The translations under genes were made by a program, and so were the position numbers. From Eledone cirrhosa (taxonomy: Eukaryota): DNA of 64,000 nt. The stretch's first letter is position 1. Each line of letters opens with the position of its first letter. Where the stretch lies: NCBI GenBank assembly GCA_964016885.1, contig OZ024751.1:31124001-31188000 (forward strand). The letters run 5' to 3'. The notes beneath the pieces were generated by a model, which was not told the DNA's origin, did not search any database, and saw only the letters and a list, made by a program, of their open reading frames with translations. Positions 39,519 to 51,984 of the stretch are shown here, one piece after another.

Positions 39519-40564
39519 TTTTCTGTGTCTATCCTTTATGATCCTGTCTCTATTTTTTGTACTCCTGAAGAAGGACTAAAGCTTGACACATCAAACCTTC
39601 TTTTCCCTTCTCCATATAAAGCATGAAACTAATAAGACTTTGTATCTAGTTTTCTCGATTCCTTGAACTATATATATATGTATATAAAAATATCTTTCGG
39701 TCATGAATGAGCATGAGATTTGCACTCCTCCAAAGCACATGTGTGGGCAAGGTTGTTTGTGAAAGACCAGCAGTCACCCATGCATACCAGTCTCCCCTCT
39801 CCATGCCAAGGGAAAGGCAATCACCGATAAGCTTGGCACCAGTGATGCTGCAACTCATTTCTACAGCTGAGTAACCTGGAGCAACGTGAAATAAAGTGTC
39901 TTGCTCAAGAATACAACACAAAGCCCGATCCGAGAATCAAAACCACAAACTCAGAACTGTAAGCCCGACGCTCTAACCACTAAACCATGCACCTTCACAC
40001 ACACACACACACATATATATATATACACACGCACACACACGTATTTCTCTCTCTCTCTCTCTCTTGTTAATGGGAGGCAGTGATAAGAAAATCTGGAATA
40101 AGAGTTGGACATTGTGCTAATTAAGTGTTCTCCTGACCTTTGATCTTGAAAAGGTGTAAAGTTTCATAGTTTCATACAAGCAGATAAGATTAATGACAAC
40201 ACTCCTGATTACTTCATTAAACTAATTTGGTTACAGTAGAGAAGTGTGGTCAAACATTGGTGTATTACTGGTACTTGTTTTATTGACCCCAGGAGGATGA
40301 AAGGCAAAGTCAACCAATCCAGAATTCGGACTCTGGATGCTGGAAAAGTACGACTTCTACTGCATCATCATCATCTCCACCATCATCATCATCATAATCA
40401 TGTATATGTAGAAACCACATAATACAACAGTTGCAACCTGATGATGTCTGTTCCCGCTCATACTAGGAATTAGTGTAGGCTGGTTGTAGTTATGCTGGGA
40501 GTGTTTGGGTATGAGTTTGAAGGGCGTCATAGGTTTTTACTTCAAGTCTAGTGTTGTATGAATT

Positions 40565-40755
40565 AGATGAGTAACATTGAGTGTAGGTTTATGTATGAGA
40601 TGAGTAACATTGAGTGTAGGTTTATGTATGAGATGAGTAACATTGAATGTAGGTTTATATATGAGATGGGTAATGTTGAGTGTAGCTTTATGTATGATAT
40701 GGGTAACGTTGATTGCAGCTTTATGTACGAAATGGGCAATGTTGAATGTAGGTTT
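40565..40755. repeat. 33-bp minisatellite, ~6 copies
   Basis: ATGAGTAACATTGAGTGTAGGTTTATGTATGAG, degrading rightward. Confidence 0.9.
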
Positions 40756-41767
40756 AACTCTTTAGCATTTACAATACTCTATATTTACTATTATATTTTC
40801 ATGGTTCAGGTTAAAACAATCATGCAATCAGGTTAAAACAATTAACAGTCATAATTAATACATAATTACTGAAAGAGTTTTAAACTTTCTGTGGTTATTT
40901 GATATTAGTGTCGTCTTTTTTTCTTCTCAATAAATGAAATCTGTTGAAAACAAATGCAAGATACTCACCATGGGGAACTGAGGTAAAGGAGTTATGTATT
41001 GGAATATTACAACACTCTATCCAATAGATACTTCTTCTATTAAACATTGAATAACAAACACATGTACTTACATGTTTATGTGTATATATATAAAAGAGAG
41101 AAATACAAGAGAATAAGACTGGGGGGGGGGGGGGGCGAAGAAGGAAAAAGTAAAATGTGATATCGGGAATGGTTTAAAGTCTAAACTATGATAAGGATAT
41201 GGACCGAGTTAATAGAAATCAAAATTGATATATAGATTGTATACCACAGAAAATTAGGGAGATTAATTTTTTTGAAACTATTGAATAATAAATCTCATAC
41301 CTGTCTTCTGACAATTGTTTCTTTCCAAGAACTATGTTGAAAAATAAACCTCATTTAGTCATTCCATGAGGGTATCTTGGTCAGCCTATGAACTTTTCAG
41401 CCGACCCTCGTATATGTGAAAGAAATTTATCATATATAAATGATTAAGTTACTTCTACAGTTAACAAATATATTTCAAATTTCTTCATTACTTCATGAAG
41501 CTCGTCATTTTAAGAGACGTTTTAGTTTCGTTATTTCTGAAGTTTACTTCTCAGAAACCCTTCATCCCATCTCCAGCAGGCACATACACAAAATATCTAT
41601 GAAAATATTTATTTCATATTCAATAGTCTCTCTGAAAATATTTGTTGTGAACAAGAAAAGAAATACTAACCGGTGTAGTTTTTTTTTTTTATTTGACCAG
41701 CTTCAGAAATATGTAAATATATACAAAGGGAGACAACTACAAGTGCCTCACGAGTTATCCTTCTTCA

Positions 41768-41954
41768 TTTGGATTGGCAGTAACGGTAGAGGGTCGGACG
41801 CCATGCTTTGACGCATAGAGTTACGGTCCTTGCCATTCTGAGTTCAAACCCCGCCGAGGTTAACTTTGCCTTTCATCCTTACGGGGTCAATAAAATAAAG
41901 TACCAGTAATGCACTGAGTAATTGCCGGTCTTGTGCCAAAAGTAGAAACAATTA
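41768..41954 (+). mobile_element. tRNA-derived SINE with GCCTTTCATCCTTACGGGGTCGATAAAATAAAGTACCAG central domain (MetaSINE-like)
   Basis: B box GAGTTCAAACCC. Near-identical copies at 59087-59297, 63075-63255, 21085-21252 and 43860-44065 (-). Confidence 0.8.
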
Positions 41955-42326
41955 TATGAGGATGGAGATATTTAAAAAAACACGATCGCGAATACAAGCG
42001 GTCAAAATGGGATTCCTCCAAAGGGTCTTAGGAGTAACGTTACTCGATAAAGTGCGTAGATCGGAGAGTCACTCCTGCGAATTGAGAGATCACAGTTCCA
42101 ATACTATGGGCATGTGGTTAGAATGTCACAGGAAAGAATCGCTGGACATATTTTCAAGAGACCCAGGGGTAGACTGCGAGCGAGATGGTTGGATAACATC
42201 CACGACCTTGGCTGGTTTCAGTTGGGGATACAGCCGGATCAGTTGGAGGCGGCTGCTTCTGACTGGAAGGAGTGCTTGAGGACTCAGCCCCCACGACCCT
42301 CTCACCAATAAGTGGGCGAAGAAGAA
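41955..42326 (+). mobile_element. RTE-clade LINE 3' fragment
   Basis: Frameshifted RSRIQAVKMGFLQRVLGVTLLDKVRRSE..GHVVRM..RPRGRLRARWLDNI..QPPRP*, followed by a GAAGAAGAA tail. Confidence 0.85.
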
Positions 42327-43217
42327 ATTTAAAAACTGTGGACCTTCATTTACTGTTTAATAAGATCATGAGCGGTGGATTGGCAGTAATCTGTTGAGCG
42401 TCGGAGTTCAAATCCCACCGAAGTTAGCTTTGATTTTTATTCTTACGGAGTCAATAAAATAAAGTACCAGCAATGCACTGGGGTCGATCCCCCACCCAAC
42501 CCCCACAAAAAAATTGTTGACCTTATGCCTAAATCATAAATAATTCTTTATTTTTATGTAATTTTATCGTAAGAGTTATTTTATGCTTAACCAAAACACA
42601 TTGGCAACATATTTTATTAATAATATGGTAAGAAAATGATTAAGGATGTATATATTTTAGTTTCTTAAGCCTAGCATTGTAATAATACATGACATAGCAG
42701 TGTCTATGCTTTGCAGGAATATTCATTAATCTTGTTTTTTAACTCCTCCAAAAGGTGAAAAAAAAAACAAAATCATTCTACATCAATTTTTATTAAATTA
42801 AATAAATTAAATAACATTTTTCTTTTCATTTTTCAGCATCGTTTTTTTTACATGAAAATTCACAAAAGAACAAAGTAAAGTCCACCTATTTCCATAACTT
42901 ACATAAATTTGCTTGACTCAATGAAACAAATGAGTGAAACGAATGAGAATGATTAAATGAGAGTTCGTTTTCTTCTTCTGTCTTCTTTTTCTTTATTTGT
43001 GTGAGAAGAAAAAACAATAACTTAAAATTCAGAAAATCGTCAAAATTATACAAGTGCATAATTTTGATGATTTTCTGAATTTGACATCAACAAAAATTGC
43101 AAGGTAAGATGAAAATATTTTTTTCTTTTAAATAAAAAAAAAAAAATGAAAAGTCCCCAATAAGTTTGTACATTGGTTGTAAACATTTTATACCTTTCTT
43201 CAAAACGAATTTTGAAA

Positions 43218-43255
<38 letters not shown>

Positions 43256-43427
43256 GTGACCCCCATATTATACTCATGTTTAAGTCACAGCTTTCCCCAT
43301 GAAAATATGACATGAAAAAACCAGCATGTAACTTATCTATTTGACTTACAAAACCTTGATTCAAAATATATGATTCATTGTACATATTGTATGTAAAATG
43401 TGGGGTAACTTATATGCAGGTAGAGAT

Positions 43428-43660
43428 GGTACTGTTAGCCCTAGTTAAATGTGAAGAGTCTATGAAAGACAGCTCTTGTATAGACAGTACTGTTAGCCCT
43501 AGTTAAATGTGAAGAGTCTATGAAAGACATAGCTCTTGTATAGATAGTACTGTTAACCCTAGTTACATGTGAAGGATCTATGAAAGACATAGGCTCTTGT
43601 ATAGACAGATATACACAGTACCATTAGCTCTAGTTAAATGTAAAGAAGCTATGAATGACA
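43428..43660. repeat. ~59-bp minisatellite, 4 copies
   Basis: GTACTGTTAGCCCTAGTTAAATGTGAAGAGTCTATGAAAGACA repeated. Confidence 0.85.
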
Positions 43661-44514
43661 TACCTCCTGTTTTTTTAACTGCTGAAGAAATTACAGGCCT
43701 CATAAGATCCTACTAGGTTTCCTTTAAAAATATTTTTGTATATCAGTATAAAAAGAGAAAACAATTTACAGATGCTAAGTTCAGTTATTTTTCTATTGCA
43801 GAGCAAACAGCTGCTTTTTATATGAAATAGAAAACAATTCTTTTGACTATGTAATAAATGGTTTCTTATATAGGCACAAGGCCAGCAATTTTGGGGGCGG
43901 AGGAAGTCGATTAAATCGACCCCAGTACATGACTGGTACTTTATTTTATCGACCCCGTAAGGATGAAAGGCAAAGTTAATTTCGGCGGGATTTGAACTCA
44001 GATAATAAAGGAGTGTAACTCTATGCTGCAAAGCATGGCGTCCGACCCTCTACCGATATTGCCAATGCTAACACTCATAGTATTGCAGTGGGTGATAGTG
44101 AGGCTAAGTAAGGTGTTGGAATAATCAAGCACCCCCGTGGACATCACCTGATACCTGCGTAAGGCAGGGGAATAACCAAGTACCCCCACAGGCATCACCT
44201 GGTACCTTGGTAAATAAATCAGGAATTATTTTGATAGTTGAGTGTAAAATACAAATGAGCACACTGTAGATAATGGTTTCTAATTCAGACAGAAGAGGGT
44301 GGAGAGGGGGAAGTTGATTATATCAAATTGTAAGGATACAGTTTATAAAGCAATGAGAAATTTAGTGTAGATTCTTTGGATTCTACAAACGGAAGAGAGG
44401 TATTTATATAGGGATAAGGCACATAAATTGATTATAGATTATGGTCAGTTTTAGAATTTCTATAATGTATATATATATATATATATATTGTAATAGCTGT
44501 TATCTGTATTTATC

Positions 44515-46778
44515 AGGAACCAACATATCGCTACATACATTCTGAAATTCTACTGAGTACGGGCCAAGAACCAGCATGTCACTACATACATTCCCACACA
44601 ACTGAGTATAGGCCATGAACTAGCATATGACTACATACATTCCCACACACTACTGAGTATGGGCCAGGAACCAGCATATCATTACATATATTACCACATA
44701 CTACCGAGTATTCATACAGGCCAGGAACCAGCATATCACTACATACATTCCTACACACTACTGAGTATTCATACAGGCCAGGAACCAGCATATCACTACA
44801 TACATTCCTACACACTACTGAGTATTCATACAGGCCAGGAACCAGCATATCACTACATACATTCCTACACACTACTGAGTATTCATACAGGCCAGGAACC
44901 AGCATATCACTACATACATTCCTACACACTACTGAGTATTCATATAGGCCAGGAACCAGCATATCACTACATACATTCCTACACACTACTGAGTATGCAT
45001 ACATGCCAGGAACCAGCATATCACTACATATATTCCTACACACTACTGAGTATTCATACAGGCCAGGAACCAGCATATCACTACATACATTCCTACACAC
45101 TACTGAGTATTCATATAGGCCAGGAACGAGCATATCACTACATACATTCCTACACACTACTGAGTATGCATACAGGCCAGGAACCAGCATATCACTACAT
45201 ACATTCCTACACACTACTGAGTATTCATATAGGCCAGGAACCAGCATATCACTACATACATTCCTACACACTACTGAGTATTCATATGGGCCAGGAACGA
45301 GCATATCACTACATACATTCCTACACACTACTGAGTATTCATATAGGCCAAGAACCAGCATATCACTACATACATTCCTACACACTACTGAGTATTCATA
45401 CAGGCCAGGAACCAGCATATCACTACATACATTCCTACACACTACTGAGTATTCATACAGGCCAGGAACCAGCATATCACTACATACATTCCTACACACT
45501 ACTGAGTATTCATACAGGCCAGGAACCAGCATATCACTACATACATTCCTACACACTACTGAGTATTCATATAGGCCAGGAACCAGCATATCACTACATA
45601 CATTCCTACACACTACTGAGTATTCATACAGGCCAGGAACCAGCATATCACTACATACATTCCTACACACTACTGAGTATTCATATAGGCCAGGAACCAG
45701 CATATCACTACATACATTCCTACACACTACTGAGTATTCATACAGGCCAGGAACCAGCATATCACTACATACATTCCTACACACTACTGAGTATGCATAC
45801 AGGCCAGGAACCAGCATATCACTACATACATTCCTACACACTACTGAGTATGCATACAGGCCAGGAACCAGCATATCACTACATACATTCCTACACACTA
45901 CTGAGTATGCATACAGGCCAGGAACCAGCATATCACTACATACATTCCTACACACTACTGAGTATGCATACAGGCCAGGAACCAGCATATCACTACATAC
46001 ATTCCTACACACTACTGAGTATTCATACAGGCCAGGAACCAGCATATCACTACATACATTCCTACACACTACTGAGTATTCATACAGGCCAGGAACCAGC
46101 ATATCACTACATACATTCCTACACACTACTGAGTATTCATATGGGCCAGGAACGAGCATATCACTACATACATTCCTACACACTACTGAGTATTCATATA
46201 GGCCAAGAACCAGCATATCACTACATACATTCCTACACACTACTGAGTATTCATACAGGCCAGGAACCAGCATATCACTACATACATTCCTACACACTAC
46301 TGAGTATTCATACAGGCCAGGAACCAGCATATCACTACATACATTCCTACACACTACTGAGTATTCATACAGGCCAGGAACCAGCATATCACTACATACA
46401 TTCCTACACACTACTGAGTATTCATACAGGCCAGGAACCAGCATATCACTACATACATTCCTACACACTACTGAGTATTCATACAGGCCAGGAACCAGCA
46501 TATCACTACATACATTCCTACACACTACTGAGTATTCATACAGGCCAGGAACCAGCATATCACTACATACATTCCTACACACTACTGAGTATTCATATAG
46601 GCCAGGAACCAGCATATCACTACATACATTCCTACACACTACTGAGTATTCATATAGGCCAGGAACCAGCATATCACTACATACATTCCTACACACTACT
46701 GAGTATGCATACATGCCAGGAACCAGCATATCACTACATACATTCCTACACACTACTGAGTATTCATACAGGCCAGGA
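44515..46778. repeat. 57-bp satellite, ~39 copies
   Basis: Unit GGCCAGGAACCAGCATATCACTACATACATTCCTACACACTACTGAGTATTCATACA; produces the 608-737 aa ORFs on both strands. Confidence 0.98.
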
Positions 46779-47955
46779 TATCTAATTTTTGCCACAAGGC
46801 CTGCAATTCTAAAGGGATGGAAAAGTTGATAATATCTAAACCCTGTCCCCAGTACTTGACTGGTACTTTATTTTATCATTCTTGTAAAGAATGAAAAGCA
46901 AAGTTGACCTTGGAAGGATTTGAACTCAGAAAGTAAAGAACTGGAACAAAAACTACCAATCCACTCCTTAAATTAGTCTGTGATAATGGTTTCTGATTGA
47001 GGTACAAATTCAACAAATTGTGGGAGGGGAAAGTCAATTAAATCAACCCACTGAATTACTGGTACTTTAGTTTATCGACTACTAGGGGATGAAAGGTAAA
47101 GCTAAGCTCGAAAGGGTTGAACTGAGAATTTATAGGACCATAACTATATGCTGCAAGCATATACGTAAAGGGATGTAACTATATGCCATAAAGTTTGTTG
47201 TCTGATGCCCTACCGATTACTAAAAATCCACTGATACTGTCCTAAATCAGTCAATAATAATGGTAATCCTTCTTCTCAGAAAACCAATTAAAATTATTTA
47301 AAAAATTATTAAAAGTATTAAATCAATAAAAAAACAAACAAAAGAAAACAAAAAATATATAATTAATAAACCAACTTGAAGAAGTCAAGGACCAAAACTC
47401 TTGGTTGGGGGTGGTGAGGGGGTTCTTCTCTTAAGACCTTCTGCTCACTACCTCTCCTGAGAATTTCTTACCACTGTTTGGAGATTTACTAGATTCTTCA
47501 AAAGTACCGAAAATTGGTATTTGGTTATTGGAAGATATCTCTATAAGAAGTTAGGATATCTTAGAAGTTAAGGGCCGAAACGCTTGAGTAGAGTGGGATG
47601 GGGGTTCTTATCCTTCTGCTGTCCAGCTTTTCTGAGAGTTTCTTACCACTAAGGTCCTTTATGGTCCCCATAGAAAGTGCTTCAGAAGTTAAGGGCTGAA
47701 TCACTTACTTCAGGGTGATGATGGGTTCCTACTCTGAAGACCTTCTGCTGTCTTGCTCTCCTGAGAGTTTCTTACCACTGAAGATAACATTGAATAACAA
47801 AGAAGTAGAGTTTGCAAGACTAATACGGTTTTGGTTTTGGTTTTGTAGCAATAAAAACACATTTAATAGATTTGAAGCAGTCATTGTATCTCCCTTTTTT
47901 AATAAATAAAATTTGACATTTTCTACAACCTGGTCATAATACATTTTTATCTTGT

Positions 47956-48403
47956 TAACCCTTTCATGGCCATATTTCTAATGAAATTCACTCTATTTCA
48001 ATTAATTAATGAAATATTTTGAGGGATTTATTAAAATTATTAATTATTTCATTACTAAGATAGTAACTTAACATAGTTTTCATATAAAATTATGTTGGAA
48101 GAATTTAATTTAAACATAAATCTTTTTAAATAGGTGGTTTTGTTTTATAGAGCCAGAGTTGGTTTTGCTTAGGTTGGTTTCCAAAAGGTTGATGAAGAAT
48201 TTTGAAAGATTTACTAAAAATCATTAATTAATTAAACATTTTTGAGGTATTAATGAAAAATTTTGAGGGATCATTACTAAGACAGTAACTTAACATATGG
48301 TTCTTATATGAAATTACATTGGAAGAATTTAATTTAAATAGGAATCCTTTGATAGAACAGGAGCCAAGCCAGTTTTGGTTATGGTGGTTTCAAAAAGGGT
48401 TAA
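47956..48403. mobile_element. piggyBac-like MITE with internal duplication
   Basis: TTAACCCTTTC...AAAAGGGTTAA termini; an internal ~200-bp segment is repeated. Confidence 0.55.
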
Positions 48404-48899
48404 ACAAGATATTATAATGAATTTGAAAATATTTCTGCAATCAAGTTGTTAGGTTTTTTTTCAGTCCATGCTGGTAAATTTCACAAATGAGTTGATATGA
48501 TAAAATTTTAATGCATAAATAAAAAATGTTCGGGGGTGGACATGATGATGGGGACACAGGAACACACAACATATTTACATAAGTTGCATTAAATACTGTT
48601 TTAGAACAAAAAAAAGTATATATAATTTATTGCTCTGTTTTGTTTTCCAGTGAATAATTCCATTTCCCAGAACTTCTCAATGGCAGCTTGAAGAGACCCT
48701 TAACTGAAGTACTGATATGTAGTGTGATAAATCATGGGATATATGTGTGTGACAGCTTATTTGTATATATGTGTATGTGTATGTCCATGTATACATATAT
48801 ACATACATGAGTGTGTCTAATATACATAAATACATCATACATGTGTGTGTATGTGCATATATAGACATATATGTACACACACACACACGTGTACATATA

Positions 48900-48942
<43 letters not shown>

Positions 48943-50006
48943 TACACACACATACAAACATACATATATGTGTGTGTGTGTAAATATTTGAATGTAAACG
49001 CTTAATTGTAAAGTTACAATATGCTGGGGTCTAGATGCCAGCTAAACCCTCTAAAAGTAAACTAACTCATCTGGGGCTTACACTCTATTTCAATCAATTA
49101 ATAAAGAATTTGGAGGGATTTACTAAAATTATTAATTATTTCATTACTAAGATTTGGTTCTTGTATATGTTGGAAGATTTTCATTGAAATTGAAAGCATT
49201 TAAAATGGGTTGTTTTGATTCATAAAACTAGAGTCAGTTTTGGCCAGGTCAGTATCAATCAATCACATCAATCGACAATATCCTAGACCTCATTCGCTTA
49301 CCTAGTGGTGGTGTGGGTAGAACTCGTCAAATTAAACCAAGGAAAACAATGTTTCCATTGGTCTTTCCAATTGCTGATACAATCTACCTGTTGTTCGCAA
49401 CTCCTGGCAGGAAGAGCAGCAACTGTGAGTTAAATTGAAACCATACCTCCTGTCTGAAAACAAACAAGCCATGCCTTCTTGAGTGACTTTATCCAAGGAA
49501 ATTATCAGAAATACACCAATTTAACGATGATGACAACAACAACAACAACAACGGTATAGATATAGATATATATATAAAAGGGTTAACCCTTTAGTTTTCA
49601 AATTGCCCTAAATCTGACCTCCAGTAAAGTCTGTTATTTATTCAAAGCAGCCAAAATGAAGTCAGTTGACATATTGGTAATGTCACATTTGGCACCAGAC
49701 AACAATCAACTCTACATACCCAACAATTAATCCCACAGAGGCAGTCAGGTCTGAGTTTTCTGTGAGTCACCAATTCCTTCGTCTTTAGAGGAATCACCAC
49801 AAGCATATCTAACACTATTTACCAATGCTAAATGGTTTGAAAGGTGTTCAGATGACAATTCCTCGTTTAGAAATCACTCACCAAAACTAACATTTCTGGG
49901 AAAGAACGGAAGGACATTATAGAAATAAATAAATTTGGAAACAGTTTGTGAAAATGTTTGTGAAAATGTTTTTAAAAATCAATCAATCTATATCATTTTG
50001 ATTCAA

Positions 50007-50054
<48 letters not shown>

Positions 50055-50610
50055 ATATGTATGTGTGTGTATGTATATGTATATGTATATGTATATATAT
50101 ATATGTGTGTATGTATAAGCACAGTTATATGTGTGTTTATACATATGTGTGTATATATATATATATATATATGTGTGTATATATATATATATGCATAAGT
50201 ACATATATGTGCATGTGTATGTATATGCACCAGCATATACATATATGTGTGTGTATGTGCATTATCTTTGTTTTAATTACCTTGGAGATTGATGAAGCAG
50301 AATGTAAACAAATATGACAGTTTGTGAATTCATTAAAATGTAAAATCAATAAAAAAACCAGAAAAATACAAAAATAGGAAAGAGAGAGAAAGAAAAAGAG
50401 TAGGGGAAAAGAAAGAAGAGGAGAGAAAAGGAAATAAATAATTCAGCTGTTTGAGTACATATATGTATATATATATATGTGTGTATATATATGTATGTAT
50501 ATATATATATATACATGTATGTATGATATACATGTATGTATGACATATATATATATATAGACACATGTATGTATGATATATATATATATATATATAGACA
50601 CATGTATGTA

Positions 50611-50648
<38 letters not shown>

Positions 50649-50654
50649 TATATG

Positions 50655-50756
<102 letters not shown>

Positions 50757-51087
50757 ATACATATCACAGATGGTGACATCAGGAAATTAAAAAAAATGTT
50801 AAATATATAAAAACCATTCAAGAATTTGAGTTGTTTTTAGCTTTTTGTTGCATGTTTTTTTTAAATGTCTTTTTTAAGATATTTCATTTTTTTTTTCTTT
50901 TGTCAAACAAAGGAAACTTCATTTTGCCAGTTCTATCAGATAAGTTAGTTCAGTAAGTTCATTAATTCCCTGTTGTTGTTACTGCTGGGAATTAGGGACC
51001 ACCACTGGTAATTTTGGCTGGTCCCCCTTGTCGTTAGGGAAGGACTACTGCTAGGTAAGTTGGTTGTGAAGTCCCCTGTTTCGTTGT

Positions 51088-51139
51088 TTAGGGGCTACTG
51101 GTGTTATTAAGTGGAACATCTTTCTGCTGTAAAGTTTGT
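51088..51139 (-). CDS. CCDC28: CCDC28 last coding exon ((I)QTLQQKDVPLNNTSSP*)
   Basis: Follows the U12-type acceptor CCTTAAT..TTTAG. Phase 2 joins AT|A = Ile. Resembles the vertebrate CCDC28A C-terminus SIQKLH..QDVPNTS as recalled. TAA at 51090-51088. Confidence 0.85.
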
Positions 51140-51961
51140 CTAAATTGTAAATTAAGGTTGAAATATGGAATTGATGGCAAATGTGACAAGAGACAACAGG
51201 GAAACCATTGACGCTAAGTAAATCAGTCCACATTATTGCACAATTATATCATTCTCCTCCTTCTCCCTCTTTACCACCTCAACCGCCACCCTCTCCTCCC
51301 TCATCTCTCTCTTCACCACCTCAACCACTACAGCCAACACCTCTTTCACCTCCTCTTTCTCAACACCACTACTTCTTCCCTCATCTCATCTCCCCCTCAC
51401 CACCACCACCATCATCGCTTCTCTCACTGCCCCACCACCACCACCACCATCATCACTTCTCTCACTGCCTCACCACCACCATCATCACTTCTCTAACCTC
51501 CTCCTCCTCCTCCTTCTCACCACCACCACCACCATCATCATCTCCCCCTCAGCACATCCACCATCTCCCTCATCTCCCCCTCACTACCATCATCACCTCT
51601 CTCACAGCCTCCTCATCACCACCACTTCCTCGATCAATAATAGTACTCAATATCTTTTAGTCAGCACCATACAATAGACACTATATATTCCACAATGTAG
51701 CACTCAATATCTTTTAGTCAGCACCATACAATAGACACTATATATTCCACAATGTAGTACTCAATATCTTTTAGTCAGCACCATACAATAGACACTATAT
51801 ATTCCACAATGTAGTACTCAATATCTTTTAGTCAGCACCATACAATAGACACTATATATTCCACAATGTAGTACTCAATATCTTTTAGTCAGCACCATAC
51901 AATAGACACTATATATTCCACAATGTAGCACTCAATATGCTTTACTAGATAAAAAGGATAC
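51140..51961 (-). other. U12-type (minor spliceosome) GT-AG intron, 822 nt
   Basis: 5' splice site GTATCCTTT. Branch site AACCTTAAT with the branch A ~12-13 nt from the AG, and little polypyrimidine tract. Confidence 0.88.
51641..51940. repeat. 57-bp minisatellite, ~5 copies, inside the U12 intron
   Basis: TAGTACTCAATATCTTTTAGTCAGCACCATACAATAGACACTATATATTCCACAATG repeated. Confidence 0.95.
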
Positions 51962-51984
51962 ATGGATGTACTGAGGCATTGTAA
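51962..51984 (-). CDS. CCDC28: CCDC28 coding exon 5, 23 nt (LQCLSTS+AT)
   Basis: Acceptor TTTCCTTTCAG with phase-0 entry. Aligns to LEELNSSI of vertebrate CCDC28 as recalled. U12 donor follows. Confidence 0.85.

Noticed and set aside
40905-40943. Acceptor followed by ISFIEKKKRRH* just below the 40968 donor
   Set aside because: The implied intron would be under 30 nt, and there is no independent support for it as a terminal exon.
44582-46829. 608-737 aa ORFs in three frames
   Set aside because: They are translations of a 57-bp satellite, open on both strands, with no codon-position bias in the variants and no splice context.
51208-51660. Pro/His-rich 150-aa ORF
   Set aside because: Low-complexity CCA/CCT tract inside the U12 intron, on the strand opposite CCDC28.
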